Below are positions 39,312 through 51,744 of a stretch of 64,000 bases of DNA, one piece after another. The notes under the pieces were generated by a model. That model had not been told where the DNA came from. It ran no database searches and was given only the letters and a program-made list of their open reading frames with translations. The translations under genes and the position numbers were made by a program. The DNA lies in assembly GCA_910592345.1 (NCBI GenBank), contig CAJVPI010000025.1:1-64000 (forward strand), in the 5' to 3' direction. Each line of letters opens with the position of its first letter. The stretch's first letter is position 1. Origin of the DNA: Paraglomus brasilianum. Lineage: Eukaryota.

Positions 39312-40518
39312 TCAACTATGATGTCGTCTGGATCTCTGACATAACAACAGTTGCTTTACAGGTAGTTTTGCTGCAATATTGTAATTTGACTGAATTGCTA
39401 AATCTATGGTTATGTGATCCAGCTCTCTTATTGCCTTTTTCGGCTCCCGCCCAACAACCCATCTCTCTACAGCACGCATGACAAATTCTCTCAGTTTGAA
39501 GGTTATATGCTTATCATTGTTCAAGATCATTTCGTTCACTCCCATGAGTGGCAGTCGGAGGATGTGCCGCCATACGTGATCATCGACGAATTCATGAAGG
39601 TTTCGGTCAGTTAGATCGTTGCTATTACAAAATAGACGATTTAATTGGCGTTCAAAATCAGTTCATACTCAAGTACTATTACATACCCATACTTGTCGAT
39701 ATAATTCTTGGCGGCTCCCTTAAGAAGTATATTGACCTGGCACCTCATGTTGCTAAGGATATCTCCGACCTTCTTTGCCACCATGGGGACATCTGGATGT
39801 GCCCGCGTACTACCCAGAAGTCGGGCGGCAAATTCTTCATACAACTCCGACGTGCTGTTTCGAGTGCGCAAGAAAAGTGCACGGCTTTCCTTATATATTC
39901 GATCATTCAAAGTCTTAAAGGCAAGTTATATATTAAATCAGTGGTTAAATTTTAAACGTCGCAGTGGAACTGATAAATGACTTACAGATTGATCGATTGT
40001 CGGTTTCTTTTCTAAAATTTTTATTAGGTTTAAGATATGTGGCCTACTGGTCACCCACTCAGCAATTTCCTGATCACTTCTTCTGAAAAGTTCTCGGCAT
40101 TCTTCATTGATATCTGATTCTTTTTCATTGGCGTTCTCTTCGACAACATTACCGTGGTTACTCGTTTCTTGATATTCGGGTTCGGAGAGGGGGGGATATT
40201 GTCCTGTTCAAATCGATAATTAATACAAACAATTCATATAACAATAAGCAACGGCGTTTTGGTATTATTTAGAAGAAACGTACTTGGTTCGTAGGTGAAA
40301 ATATCCCGTTCCGCGGCGCTTGTTTCGTTATCAGAATCGATCACTATGTCTAGAAAAGTTTTCGTGTCAAATGTTATTATAGGCAGTTCCAATTGCATTT
40401 AATTATAATTTAATTCAGAAAAATTGCCTCTTGGTTCAACAGTCTGAATTCTTTTCGGTTTGGGTGGGATTGGTTTTGGGATTGGTTCTGGCATTGGTTG
40501 TTTTCTTGATCTTGGCAT
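39312..40518 (-). CDS. Uncharacterised 5-exon protein, apparently intact
   Basis: Exons join in frame: 'MPRSRKQPMPEPIPKP..VEPR|DIVIDSDNE..|..SDQEIAEWVTSRPHIL..|TLNDRIYKESRALFLRTR..|..FVDDHVWRHIL..KLREFV..LDHITIDLAIQSNYNIAAKLPV..*'. Intron 1 needs a GC donor. Confidence 0.65.
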
Positions 40519-41198
40519 CGTCAAGTGTACGTGTGAGTTGTGTAAGAATGTGTGTAAGTAAGTGTGTGTTGCTGTGTTTGAATGCTCGACTCGCGCGCTT
40601 CAAATGCACATTTATAAATAACAATATGGCTGCACGATAATATATATTGCTCGTATATGTGCTTGTTAAAATTAAATGATCTATACTGTGTTATAAAAAA
40701 AGTCGTTTCGAAGATAGCAAAACCATACTCTATGTTTCTCTCTTCGTTTGGGATTTCCTTTCGTGACTTTTCAAGTATTTCCTCATATTGGCGACAATAA
40801 TCCACCTTTAATAGACAACCCAGAAAATTATACAATTAATATCACTAAAACGTAAATAATTAAATACTTTTCAACGTACATCTGGTGTTGATAGCTTTTT
40901 TGGTCTGTATCTGATATATATAGATGATGCAACGCCGTTCCTCCGTTTGCACAATCTTGTCATTTTGAAAAACTAGTTTATTGTTGTTTTCAGGAAAATT
41001 TAACAGTTCGAGCAGGTATAAGGAGGGCAATAAATCTTGCTTCTTTTTAATCCCCGCGTGCAGGATTTGCATCTGTACACAAAAATTAATAATCTAGCTA
41101 AAAATATTTCTGACATTAAAAATACTCTAACCAAATATGCAGCTCACTAAACATATCTGACAAACACGCGACATAAACATTGTGTACCAATAGCAAGT

Positions 41199-41366
41199 GT
41201 CAAAAGACACGACACTATTTTTGTTATTAAGAAATATTGATTTACATGTGATATTCTTGTCAAAACATCACGACAACGCAAATGCTTTCAAAACATCACG
41301 ACACCAGATTGTTGTCAAATATCACGAATGTTGCGGCTAGGGCAATGTCAAAACATTCTCAAAACA
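41199..41366. repeat. Five spaced copies of a GTCAAAACATCACGACA-like motif (transposon subterminal-type repeats)
   Basis: Copies near 41199, 41259, 41288, 41314 and 41347. Confidence 0.7.
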
Positions 41367-44300
41367 TATTATATGTACAATTTCTAACCAGCGTTCGTCA
41401 CGCGTCCTAACCCGTAGCGATATTAGTGAATAATAAACAGCTTTTTATTACCGGTTGTGGCATTGGTTGCTCACATTATTTGAATATTTAAAGGTTGTTA
41501 TTTATTTATTTATTTATTGAGTTTTTGTTTCTAATTGTGTTTATTGTTATACAAATGTGTTTACTATTACATATTACAGAGTAGTGAAGCAACATTGACT
41601 CATAAGCCGGACATGCGCATGAAACTGCATCTGCTGATACAGGTTCATTGCCTTGAGGTCAAGATCGCAGTATTAGACTTATTAGGGCATTTTACAATAC
41701 CTTTAACCCCTCCCGAAGATCCAGAGACGGTGAAGGATTTTGTATGCCATTTGTTGCGGCTTGTAACATACGTTGATAACGTGTCTAGTCGACTGGGAGA
41801 TTTAGGATGAGGCAGACACGTTTGAGCAGTACTACTCCCCCAAACGTGTAGAAGGAAAAATTGGCTTCTAATTAATATAGTCAGGACTTTACCCAATATA
41901 GAAATCGATTCGAGAGATGATCTACAGAAATTTTCTTGAAATGTGATTGGCTCTCGCCGTCTTTTTACCTTGTGGATTTTCACGGTACGTGTTAATATAA
42001 GCACACAACAAATACACGTCTAGTTTCGTTAATCCCTCGCGCCGAGCTCTTATTGGAAAAGTAAATGAGTCCTAAAATTTCTATATTTGCTGTGTACTGT
42101 TACTAGCGACACCGTAATTACACTAACTATGCCAACACCTATAGGACCTTTTTTATGGTACCTGGTCCTGGTAACCTGAAAGCAAGATCTCCCATGTTTT
42201 TGCAGAGGTGAGCCGTCAAATATGAGCCACCACTCTCAGAAAGCCGCCGAAAAGTGAAGTCGGATGAAAGCCATGTATTGTTTTTTATAATATTTTTCTG
42301 TTACCAACTAGCAGTAGGGGGGGGTAGTAAAAGTGTTGCCAAGGTTTCTTTATATTACCGAAAAATTGACATGCGAGCTTCTCCGATAGCTCCTACTGAC
42401 ATGCTAGTTACGCGGCCAAGCGATTCGCTTTATATCATAACCATTTCCTGAACTTTTTGCCTTTAGAATCATATTCAATTTGCGAGAGGCATTATAACCA
42501 GATTATCACTAATAATCATTCTTCCAACGTCTAGTGGGTTCTATGTCGTCGTGGCTTCCTGCCGGTATTTTAATGTGTCGGTCCCCCGGACAAGAGAATA
42601 AAAGAGTCCGATTCAGTGCTGATGAAGACAATACCCCATTCCTGTTAATCAGTCCAAGTTATACCATCACGTATCCGAAGAACACGCGATGTAAACAATG
42701 TCAAGTATCTAACTATACCCAGAGATATATTTGAAATTATCGAGTCTGATACCTTCTGGGACCAGATTATAAAACGAACAAACTGGAGTCATATGCTTAC
42801 TATTATTACCACACATTTACAATGCGAACAAAAAGAAGCAGAAGCATAAACAAAGGAAAGGCAAAAGAAGCCTCCTCCACTGACACCATCACATCCCAAC
42901 ATATTCTAGAGCTTGATCGACTTCTAGAGTATAACCAACGGGGAAATCGCAATTAATAACTGAACTCAATAATCAACTGTCGCGAATGCGGCAGCAACTT
43001 GAGGATCAAAAGAACGAAATACAAGACTTGAAGGAACGATTACAGAAGGCATACGATATTACGATTCGATTGACACTTTGCATGAAACTGTACAGGAATC
43101 TTATAGATCGGGCTATTACTACATAAACATCTTTATATGAGAATATTAAGATTTTCATTAAAAAACTTGTTACGTTCGTATACGCCGCTGAGTAATTGTA
43201 ATCAGGTCGTTGCAAAGTTTATTGAAATTCTGATTTATTACTATAATTATTTGAACGTAGGTTCTTCAAATGCTGAGAAAATGCCATGGCTGTCGATTTG
43301 ATATATGGATCTAGTCATGGCAAATACGTGAATCTTGCAGCATAAAATATTCTATCGTGTGCGTCATAACGCGAATCAAACTGCCGGGTTTCCAATCCAG
43401 GCACGTAAGCGGGACGTCCTGAAAGTGCGAACCACGGACACATTCGGGGCTGTTATACATAGAGTCGGCAAGTTGTTCATCTTCCCTGTGGAATCACGTA
43501 TACTGTCCGATCGAAAACCATGGTATTGCAATACGTCAAAAAGCTTTTGTTCAATCGTCGCTATCCTCGTCTAAGTCAATTGATCTATTTTCAATATATA
43601 TTATTAAAATGGAATAACAACAGAAGAGATAAATGACGTTTTATTCAATTAGTTATTTCCAGTGAAATGCTTTTTGAGAAAGATAATATCAATTTCTGCA
43701 TTTAATTGATACACGTCTACTCATATATATACCCAGATGCCATATTATGCACATACAACAGTTCACTACAAGTTCTCAAAACAACGGACTCTTTACACTC
43801 AATAAAACACTACATAACCAATAAAAAAATTCAGTAAAAGCAAACCTTCCATCTTCCAGGAAAACAATAAACGACTCTAACACAGATTTCGCCAAAATTT
43901 TCTGGTCGATCGCATTTTCCTCCTTGGGTTTGTAGTGAGGAATATTATCTAGAACATTGTAACCAACCAAACTGCAGTCAACATCATCGATCTTTCTACT
44001 TCAGTAACTTGCTTTTCGCCAGTAGAACAGGTGAGTTGCATTTGAGCCTCTTGTAACGCCATTTACTGATTAGAATCAGTTTTTATGTCATATTTGTTGA
44101 ACATTTCCTCAACTTGTTGTTGATTAACAATGATAGACCAAATTCTGTATTTCACAAGAGTGGGAAATTATGGACACTGGAGCATTGGATTTTGTAAAGG
44201 CAAGAAATTAATTCAGAAAATCGGGTTCCTTTAGAGTATCAATCAAGCCATTTCTAAAATTTCAGCATAACATTGTTCTTGCCAAGTTTTTTCAATTTCG

Positions 44301-44777
44301 CGAAGCTTCTGCTCTAGCTCCTAAACGACGGTAATGGATTCAACATTCCATCCACTTAGAAAAGCTCTCTAATGCCATATTAACTCCGCGCTTTAATTTT
44401 AAACAGCGGTTCAATAACTCACTCTTGTTATTTATTTTAGGGTAATCGTGGCAGTAAGTAACGACACAACCGTCCCAGGCAAAATAGTGAAGAACTTTGT
44501 TCTCTGTCATGGCGAGTCTTTGCTTCAATGTGAGTGATTGGTTGACTAGGTCCTGCCAGCACTATTACCAGTTGATAGTAATACCGTTATACCAAGTGTC
44601 TATTTTAATGGGAAAAATTGTACTACGCGTATGTGTTCTTTTTTATTAATGCTCTGACTTTGACCCGTTTCGGGATTGTCGCATCAGAATAATCTTTTGC
44701 ACCAATAAACTACATAATCTATGTAACAATATCGAGAAAATATGTGACAAGCTTGAAACGGCCCGTTCTCTAGATCC

Positions 44778-44874
44778 AGGTATATCTCGCTATTTCATTA
44801 ATATATAATTTTTTATATTAATAGTTTTCAATATTATGCTATTCTTTGGCGACAAGGGATGCGAAGGCAAACGG
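44778..44874 (+). repeat. Inverted partial copy of intron 4 plus micro-exon 5 of the neighbouring Uma2-like gene
   Basis: aggtatatctcgctatttcattaatatataattttttatattaatagttttcaatattatgctattctttggcgacaagggatgcgaaggcaaacgg closely matches the reverse complement of 45497-45600. Confidence 0.9.
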
Positions 44875-45192
44875 ATAATTTAGAGACTCAACCTCTTTTT
44901 TGAATTTGCAGGTTATTACGAGTTTAATTCAAGGGTGCTTCCACATAATATCAATATGATTAAGTTAACAAGGTTCTGAAACAAATCGCGCACATTTACT
45001 ATTAACTGTCTTTGATCATTTGAATATGTAAGAAAATATAGAGTACATTATCTATTGCAAAGCAAATATTGAGAACCAATTCTAAAGTTTATGAAACTGG
45101 TAATGAGTTTGATAATAATCGTTTCTGAATAAACTTATAAACAAATTTATAGCACATTTGAGCAAAGGGTTTGTGAAGAAGGTTGATGTTTT

Positions 45193-46434
45193 TCAGTCTG
45201 GCTGGACAGGTAAAACTACTTGCTGAACTTCATATAAGTCGATGGTAATATTAGTAGCCATCAATGCAGCAGGCGGTGGTGCAAATGGAACATATCCAAT
45301 GGCAGGAACCGGCGGATCGTAAAACACGTCGCTAACGGGGATGTTGATTATATAGTCCGGGTTGTTTAGGGCATTGCAACCATTAACGCCAGTAGCAGAT
45401 CCGTCTTTGTTGATGGTCCCAAATTTCCACTACCATATAAAAATTTTTGAACATGACAGGATGTATAAATTTCTCTCTCTAGACAAGTAAACCTTACCGT
45501 TTGCCTTCGCACCCCTTGTCGCCAAAGAATAGCCTAATATAAATATTGAAAAACTATTAATATAAAAAATTATATAATAATGAAATAGCAAGATATACCT
45601 TCATGGCCCGATCTCTGTATCCTTGTGCATTGCGTGTATCCTTTATTTCGTAAAGCTTGATGCCGAGTATGGCTCGTACATACGGCTCTCGCTTCCATTT
45701 CCTGCACTTGTCTTTTAAGGAGGAGGAGCTTTGGCCCATGGCTACTTCAACCACTATCCTCGAATAAGGGTTTCCCTACATAAACCATATTATATCAACC
45801 ACGAACAATAGATATTAATATGACAAATTCAAAGTACTCTCGTATTACTCGGAGGGGGGCTAGGGTGTGGGACTGGTGGTTGTGGAACAAAAAGATGATG
45901 TGGTTGGACAGCGAGATCTGGCATTATACGGGATCCATCTCGACTTGGCGATTCGTGTACTGTGTGGAAAGGAGATGATATGAAATCAACAAGCCAAAGA
46001 TCAAGTAAACTGGAAGGAATTCCCTTACATGACTGTCCAACAATTTGTAGTGGAGCATTAAAATCGCGAACGCCACCGTTTGGAACATCAAAGCGTTTGA
46101 TCAACAGAATAACAACTTTCTCATGTTCAGCTGTGGGCATATCAACTATGAATACAGTGCCGTTTTTATACTCAATCTTGTATCCAATCCTGTCTTTGCT
46201 TTCGATGAAAGAGTTGAAATCTTGCACGGATACGTCTGAGGCAAGCGGATAAGGAAGACTACAATCCATACAAGTCAATACGAGACGTATCTCAAAAAAA
46301 CAAAAAAAAAACAAACAAACTAGTGTGATGCGTGCTCACCTGGTCTCACTTATCGGCTTGCGTGGTAAATGAATCTGCCCTGATGAAAATACCTTCACCA
46401 AAGCGTTAAGTGGTTCAAGTTCAAGTCTGACCAT
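45193..46434 (-). CDS. Uma2/DUF820-like endonuclease-fold protein, 6 exons
   Basis: 'MVRLELEPLNALVK..|SLPYPLASDVSVQDFNSF..YKIEYKNGTVFIVDMPTAEHE..|..IMPDLAVQP..|GNPYSRIVVEVAMGQS..VRAILGIKLY..|AILWRQGVRRQT|WKFGT..IDLYEVQQVVL..*', all with GT-AG introns. Confidence 0.78.
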
Positions 46435-46980
46435 TTTTTTCGGGCTATCAATAAGATACAAATATGATTTGATTCATGTCTGAGTTTATAAAGCCAGTAT
46501 TTTGCGTTCCCGTGATCTTGCGAATTTTGATATACTAATACTCTCACACCCACCCCTATGATTACTACAATTACCCGCACAACGTACCCCTAATTAACAG
46601 TTTATTACATAATACACGTGATTATAAAACCAGTCCATAATAATAATACAATTCTGGTTACTGTGATTACTATAAACCAACCCCCTAAGTTTGTTATTTA
46701 CGTGACGGGTTGCCGATCATTTTCAGGGGATTCTTTTCTCGGGGGGCTTAAGAATTTAGTTCCAAAAAAGAAATACCTGAGCCAGTTTGTGTTATTCATT
46801 TGGTAAAATCCCAGCCGGGTGACGAGAAATTATTTGTTTATCCGATAATAGTAGAAGTTTTTTTAATGGCATATGACTGAGAATTTGAATTCAAATTACA
46901 AGCTCAGAATTTAATTCTTGCTGTTCATATAGAAACAGATTTATTCAAAACCTCCATTAGTGAACCTGGATATGTTGTAC

Positions 46981-47155
46981 TAGCTTTTTTCTAATCCAAT
47001 TACTTTTTTATAGCAATAACCAAGGTTATATTGTGCATTGGCAAATCCTTGTTTAGATGCCTTTTTATACCATTCAACTGCTTTTTGTTCATCTTTTTCT
47101 GCTCCAATTCCATTGTTATAACATACACCAAGATTATATTGTGCATTGGCATTAC
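46981..47155 (-). pseudogene. Sel1-like repeat fragment
   Basis: '[56 protein letters not shown]'; no surrounding ORF. Confidence 0.85.
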
Positions 47156-48199
47156 TCATGCATGAGTATATATAGTGGAAAATTTTTTTTCAGCGTAGAA
47201 TCAGTGTTATTAAATTTTCACTCAATGTATGCAAATGTATATTGGTATGTTAGATGTCAATGTCAACAACAAGACTGAGAGTGTCCTGTGAACGGCGATT
47301 TGATCAAGTGAGTTCTGCGGTGATGACAGTTTAGAAGGATTCGTGTATTTATTATTATCTAATACACTTTTAAATCCAAACATCAAGTCCCAAAAATGGA
47401 CATAATTATTAGTCGCTTAAACTAGTGATTGCTACAACTTGTACAATATGTGTGGTTACATTCTAAATTTAAAAACTGGTTATTTTTAGCACACATTAAC
47501 ATTCCGGTGGGCTTTATAAAAGATAGAATTAGGCATACATCAAATAATCTTCTTGACAAGAACGTATGATTTATTTAAATGTTAAATTGTCAATACCAGA
47601 AAAATACGCTGGCGGCAGCGTCGCCACCCGATAGCAATGCTAATTTTATCTCATTGCACGCCCAACAAATCACATGTACACGAAATTCATCAAACAGTTC
47701 ATTTTTATCCAAGCTTTGTATTAATTATAAAATGCTGTTCATTCACAATATTTACTTGGTTATATCACATATACCTATTTTCGATTTACTACTACTACGA
47801 TGCCAAATTTGTAAAAGCAATGCGAGATGTGTTCCTCCTATACCACCACATTTTTTTTTTAAAAAAAAGAAAAAGCTAAATTTCTACACTAGGAGAGTCT
47901 ATATATGAATTCATTGCGTGGTTACATAAGATGAAGAATATACAAGAAAAAAAAAAGCAGATCAATTAAATGATCTTAAATATTTCGATCCATGTATGTT
48001 TAATATGAAATTTACAAGAGACTAGAAATGCTGCTATATATTAATAAGAATGCATTCAAAAAGCGTATTTTCTATTTTAATATTTACGTACGCAACACGT
48101 ATTTCATTATTATATGTGTATATATATATTTAGATATTTTGATTGCACACGCCCCCATCCTTTTTTCCGATTATCTACAACCTTTTTTTTTTGTTGCCT

Positions 48200-49971
48200 C
48201 TATAGCTGTACTTGAACAGGGTGTGGAAATTGATTATGTCGTTTGAGCGGCATTGCTGCTGACTGTCGAATGTCATTCCCACTAGAATTATTGCTTGGTG
48301 TAGATTTCTTGCATTGCTCGATGATGTCGATCGATGCTTCTATAATCTGGGCGTGCACCAAAACAGCAGATTTCCTAGCATCCAATAACTATCATATTAA
48401 AAGAAAATAAAAAATTTTCAGTTAACATCTATGAATTATTCCCAACGTGAGACCAAAATATATATATAATAATCTATATAACGTACCTTCCACTTAACCT
48501 CAAAGAGGTCATGGAACGCATCTTGAACTCTTCGTTGCCAATCGTTGGACATTCTGATGTCTCCATTATCCACGGCTTCTTTATCCCGGTCGGTACTAAG
48601 GAAGAATGTCAAGTCCGGGCAAGGAATGTTGGTGTATGAAGATTTGCACCAATTGATGTCCAAGCCTGCCGCCGCTGAAGATGCGATGGCCGTATAAATA
48701 TAATGGTCAACTATTAATGTTATACCATTACTTAGATGTTCGCGCATCGTGGGGCTAGAGAATAACAAAATATGGGATGAATATATATATACGTTGGTGC
48801 AGACGTGGAAAGAACAATATGATATTTCTTGGTTCTTTACTTACACTAATTCCCACCAATGTGCAGCAATCAACAAATGCAATGCTCTTGGTTGTGAATG
48901 TCCATTATTCTGTCGATGCTTCGTTAATGCTTCACCAGCCGGAGTAGATGCATCGGGGAACTTCCATAATTTCGCCTTGATACCCTCGTTTTTCAAAAAC
49001 TCCAACAGCTTGGCAGCTTGCATGGTAGTCGCTCCATCTTCGTAACCCTCGAGGACGATCAATGCACCACGAGAGGACGAGGGTGCTGAGGTTGTAGTAG
49101 GTGAAGCAACTGGAGCAAGAGGACTAAGCAGAGGCTGAGGTGGGCTGCGTGAAAAGCTAGGCAGTCGATGTATACTTGGAATGTTGATAGTCGACCGTAT
49201 AATTTCACTTGGCAATTGTTTGGCACCTCTAAGATGAGATAGTTCTTTAGCGCCACGTTCAATGATAACAACGGATTGGTTAGAAGCCATTCTGTGACTG
49301 ACGATATCCGCAGATCGTCTGTCAGTCTTTGCGTTAATCTCTACTAGAAAATTATCCATTACGCTTTCTCGGGTATCTCGTGGTTTAATATTCTTGATGA
49401 CAGGGCCCGCCCTCCGTCGTGGTTGATATTTATAGTCTGGGTATGCTCTCATATGACTTTCTTTAGCCTCTTCGGCCTTGCGCTTCCATTCTTCTCTCTC
49501 TTCCTCGGAAAGATTCTTCCAATGATCAGCGACAATGCGCGAGATTTCACTGTTATTAATACCCGGATTTTGATTGAGGATTAGTGGGTGGTGATGTTGT
49601 CTATATAAGATGAATGAATTGGGAGGGCGAGGAATATAGGGTTTCTTCTGCTTTGTTGTAGACTTGGCAGAAGTCTTGTTATCCATGTCGTCTATATTAA
49701 GTTGAGAATCTTGAAGACGCCGGCGTTTGGTTTCAACGTCAGCGGTAGTATCTAGCTGCCTCTTGTTTGTTTGAGGAGAGCTTGGAGCGGTCGATATGGG
49801 TGAAGAACACCATTCATCGTGATTGATCAGATTAGATATGCTCGCAGCCGAGTGTAATGGAGAAAGTGCGCTGTTTGGGGAAGAAGAGTGCAACTCGCAG
49901 TTTGAAGGTGAGGGGAGTTGTTCGGTATTTTCGTCGCTGTGTGTTTCGGGAGTTTCTGCTGGTGTGCTCAT
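48200..49971 (-). CDS. HMG-box (Rox1/SOX/MATA-type) transcription factor fused to a degenerate thymidylate kinase (Cdc8/DTYMK-like) domain; 3 exons, 527 aa
   Basis: Exons 49971-48845, 48754-48487 and 48388-48200 (1584 nt, in frame). HMG: 'IPRPPNSFILYRQHHH..NSEISRIVADHWKNLS..HMRAYPDYKYQPRRR'. TMPK-like: 'RGALIVLEG..FPDASTPAG..LHLLIAAHWWE..GITLIVDHY..GLDINWCK..PDLTFFL..WK|LLDA'. Confidence 0.9.
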
Positions 49972-50106
49972 TTTTTCCGATGATAAAAATTGAAAATGGT
50001 TTGGGGGAGTATGGTGTCTACTTTTGCGGGGTATTTATGTTATATGCTTTGTATTCATACCGTATTTTATATACATGTATAATAAAATTCAATTCACTTC
50101 AAAGCA

Positions 50107-51744
50107 ATTGTTACGATGGGTTTATTGTTGTATGATGATTATCAACATTATTATTGGTCAACAATAAAACCCTAAATTCAGCATTTCTATAATTGTCGAA
50201 CTTGACTCGAATTCTTCCAATAACGAACAATGTATCGAACAAACAACCAAAATCTGTTGTTACATTTTAAAACAAAGAAAAAATGGGTTAACTAATGAAA
50301 TGACGTCTACTCGAATAATGAATAAATTTCGAGTTCCAAAATAGTATTTGATTGATGAATATAAAGATGGCGGGGGTGGAGGGATGAATATAAGGACATG
50401 CCTATGCTGGGAGAGAGAAGGGAAGAGTGGCAAAAAAGTGGGAAGAAAGAGGATTGTGCGATGTGCATAAGAATGTTTCGAATGATATAAACAATGAATG
50501 GCGGAGTGCAGCGGATGTCATAACAATAGCGGGGGCAATATGCCTGGGGATGGGTTGAATGCCAGCGAACATATATGGCCTTGTTGAATGGCTGTTCGTT
50601 CAACAACGCAAGTAAAGTATCGTCATCGTACGTGGGATGCCCGTTATGATGAAGCCCTTATTATCATTACTACAGCCAATGAGATAGAATTTCAAACAAT
50701 GGAACAATATATAATAATAGAGTTGGCGAATTCCAATTGGACCGTGGGTGTTATTACAACAAGGTATATATATACATATTGTCTATTCTATTCTATATTA
50801 CGATACTAGGTTTTTTCCTTGTCTTGTTATTTTTACTACTTACGATTATATTATCATTGCTATTATCATTACCACTGCAGTCGCTCGCATCTCAGTCATT
50901 ATGTCCATTAATAATGACCGTCCATTCATACATTTATTCGTTTCATTGAGTAACAAGGACACTGACAAAGAGATGCCTGGACTTTTCGCTTGTACAAATG
51001 CACGAATATCAAAGCATGCAAACGTTCTTGCGATTGGCCGTATGCTCATGCTGTCTGTTCAGCATTTGATACAATAGTACTACGAAGTTAATTTGGGAGA
51101 GGGAGGACAGCTTCATTGTCTGGATTACAAATATGATACAATAATGTAACTAAGGTTGATAATAATTGTAAAAAATAGTTTAACGATCCGTAACTATGAC
51201 AATTAATAATTGTTATTAATAAATAGTCGAAATTAATAATAACAATCACCATTCGGACCATATTGTCATATCGTGTCATAATGCTGTTATTATTATTATT
51301 ATCAGTGCGGTTCCTATTAGCCTAATTTTCCCAACTACTACGTAATTTAGAAACAATAACCACCTTCATGGAATCACTCGTTTACCACGCCCCCTATTCA
51401 CAGTTGTTCCTCTTATTTGTCGCTCGTGCAAGCATCTAATCTTGTGTGTGCTCCGTAAAGGGTATTACAAGAAATATTAAGGTAGACTCGAGGAATAGAC
51501 CGATTGCAGATGCATGGCAAAAAACAGTGACCACCTTGTTAAACTGTGCGACAGAATTCGCATCTAGAAGTCCATTTTCATTGAGCAATCCATTGTTCTC
51601 CCTGCTCAGTAAGAAACAAAAAAGGAACATAACATTCAAAGTGTGGGAGTCGGAACAGAGCATAGAAGGTAAGATAATGATTGTAAATTTTTAAGTTCAG
51701 CAAATAACATATCGACGTTTCTTAAGGTTCAAACATCAATTGTT
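50107..51744. promoter_or_regulatory. Cluster of SOX/Rox1-type HMG sites (AACAAT/ATTGTT) upstream of the HMG-TMPK gene
   Basis: Sites at 50107, 50124, 50160, 50226, 50490, 50522, 50695, 50703, 51209, 51241, 51352, 51592 and 51739; TCCATTGTTCTC at 51589-51600 fits YYYATTGTTCTC. Confidence 0.5.

Noticed and set aside
41500..44560. Coding-like fragments on both strands (coiled coil near 42980, minus-strand pieces 43250-44530)
   Set aside because: Probably decayed genes or elements, but I cannot assign a family or a consistent frame.
48200..49971. HMG gene as a Mucorales-type sex/MAT locus
   Set aside because: No flanking triose-phosphate transporter, RNA helicase or homeodomain genes in the window; HMG genes are numerous in these fungi.
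2002..49971. SAMHD1-like dNTPase and HMG-TMPK as a functional nucleotide-metabolism cluster
   Set aside because: They are about 44 kb apart with unrelated genes between; nothing in the sequence links them.
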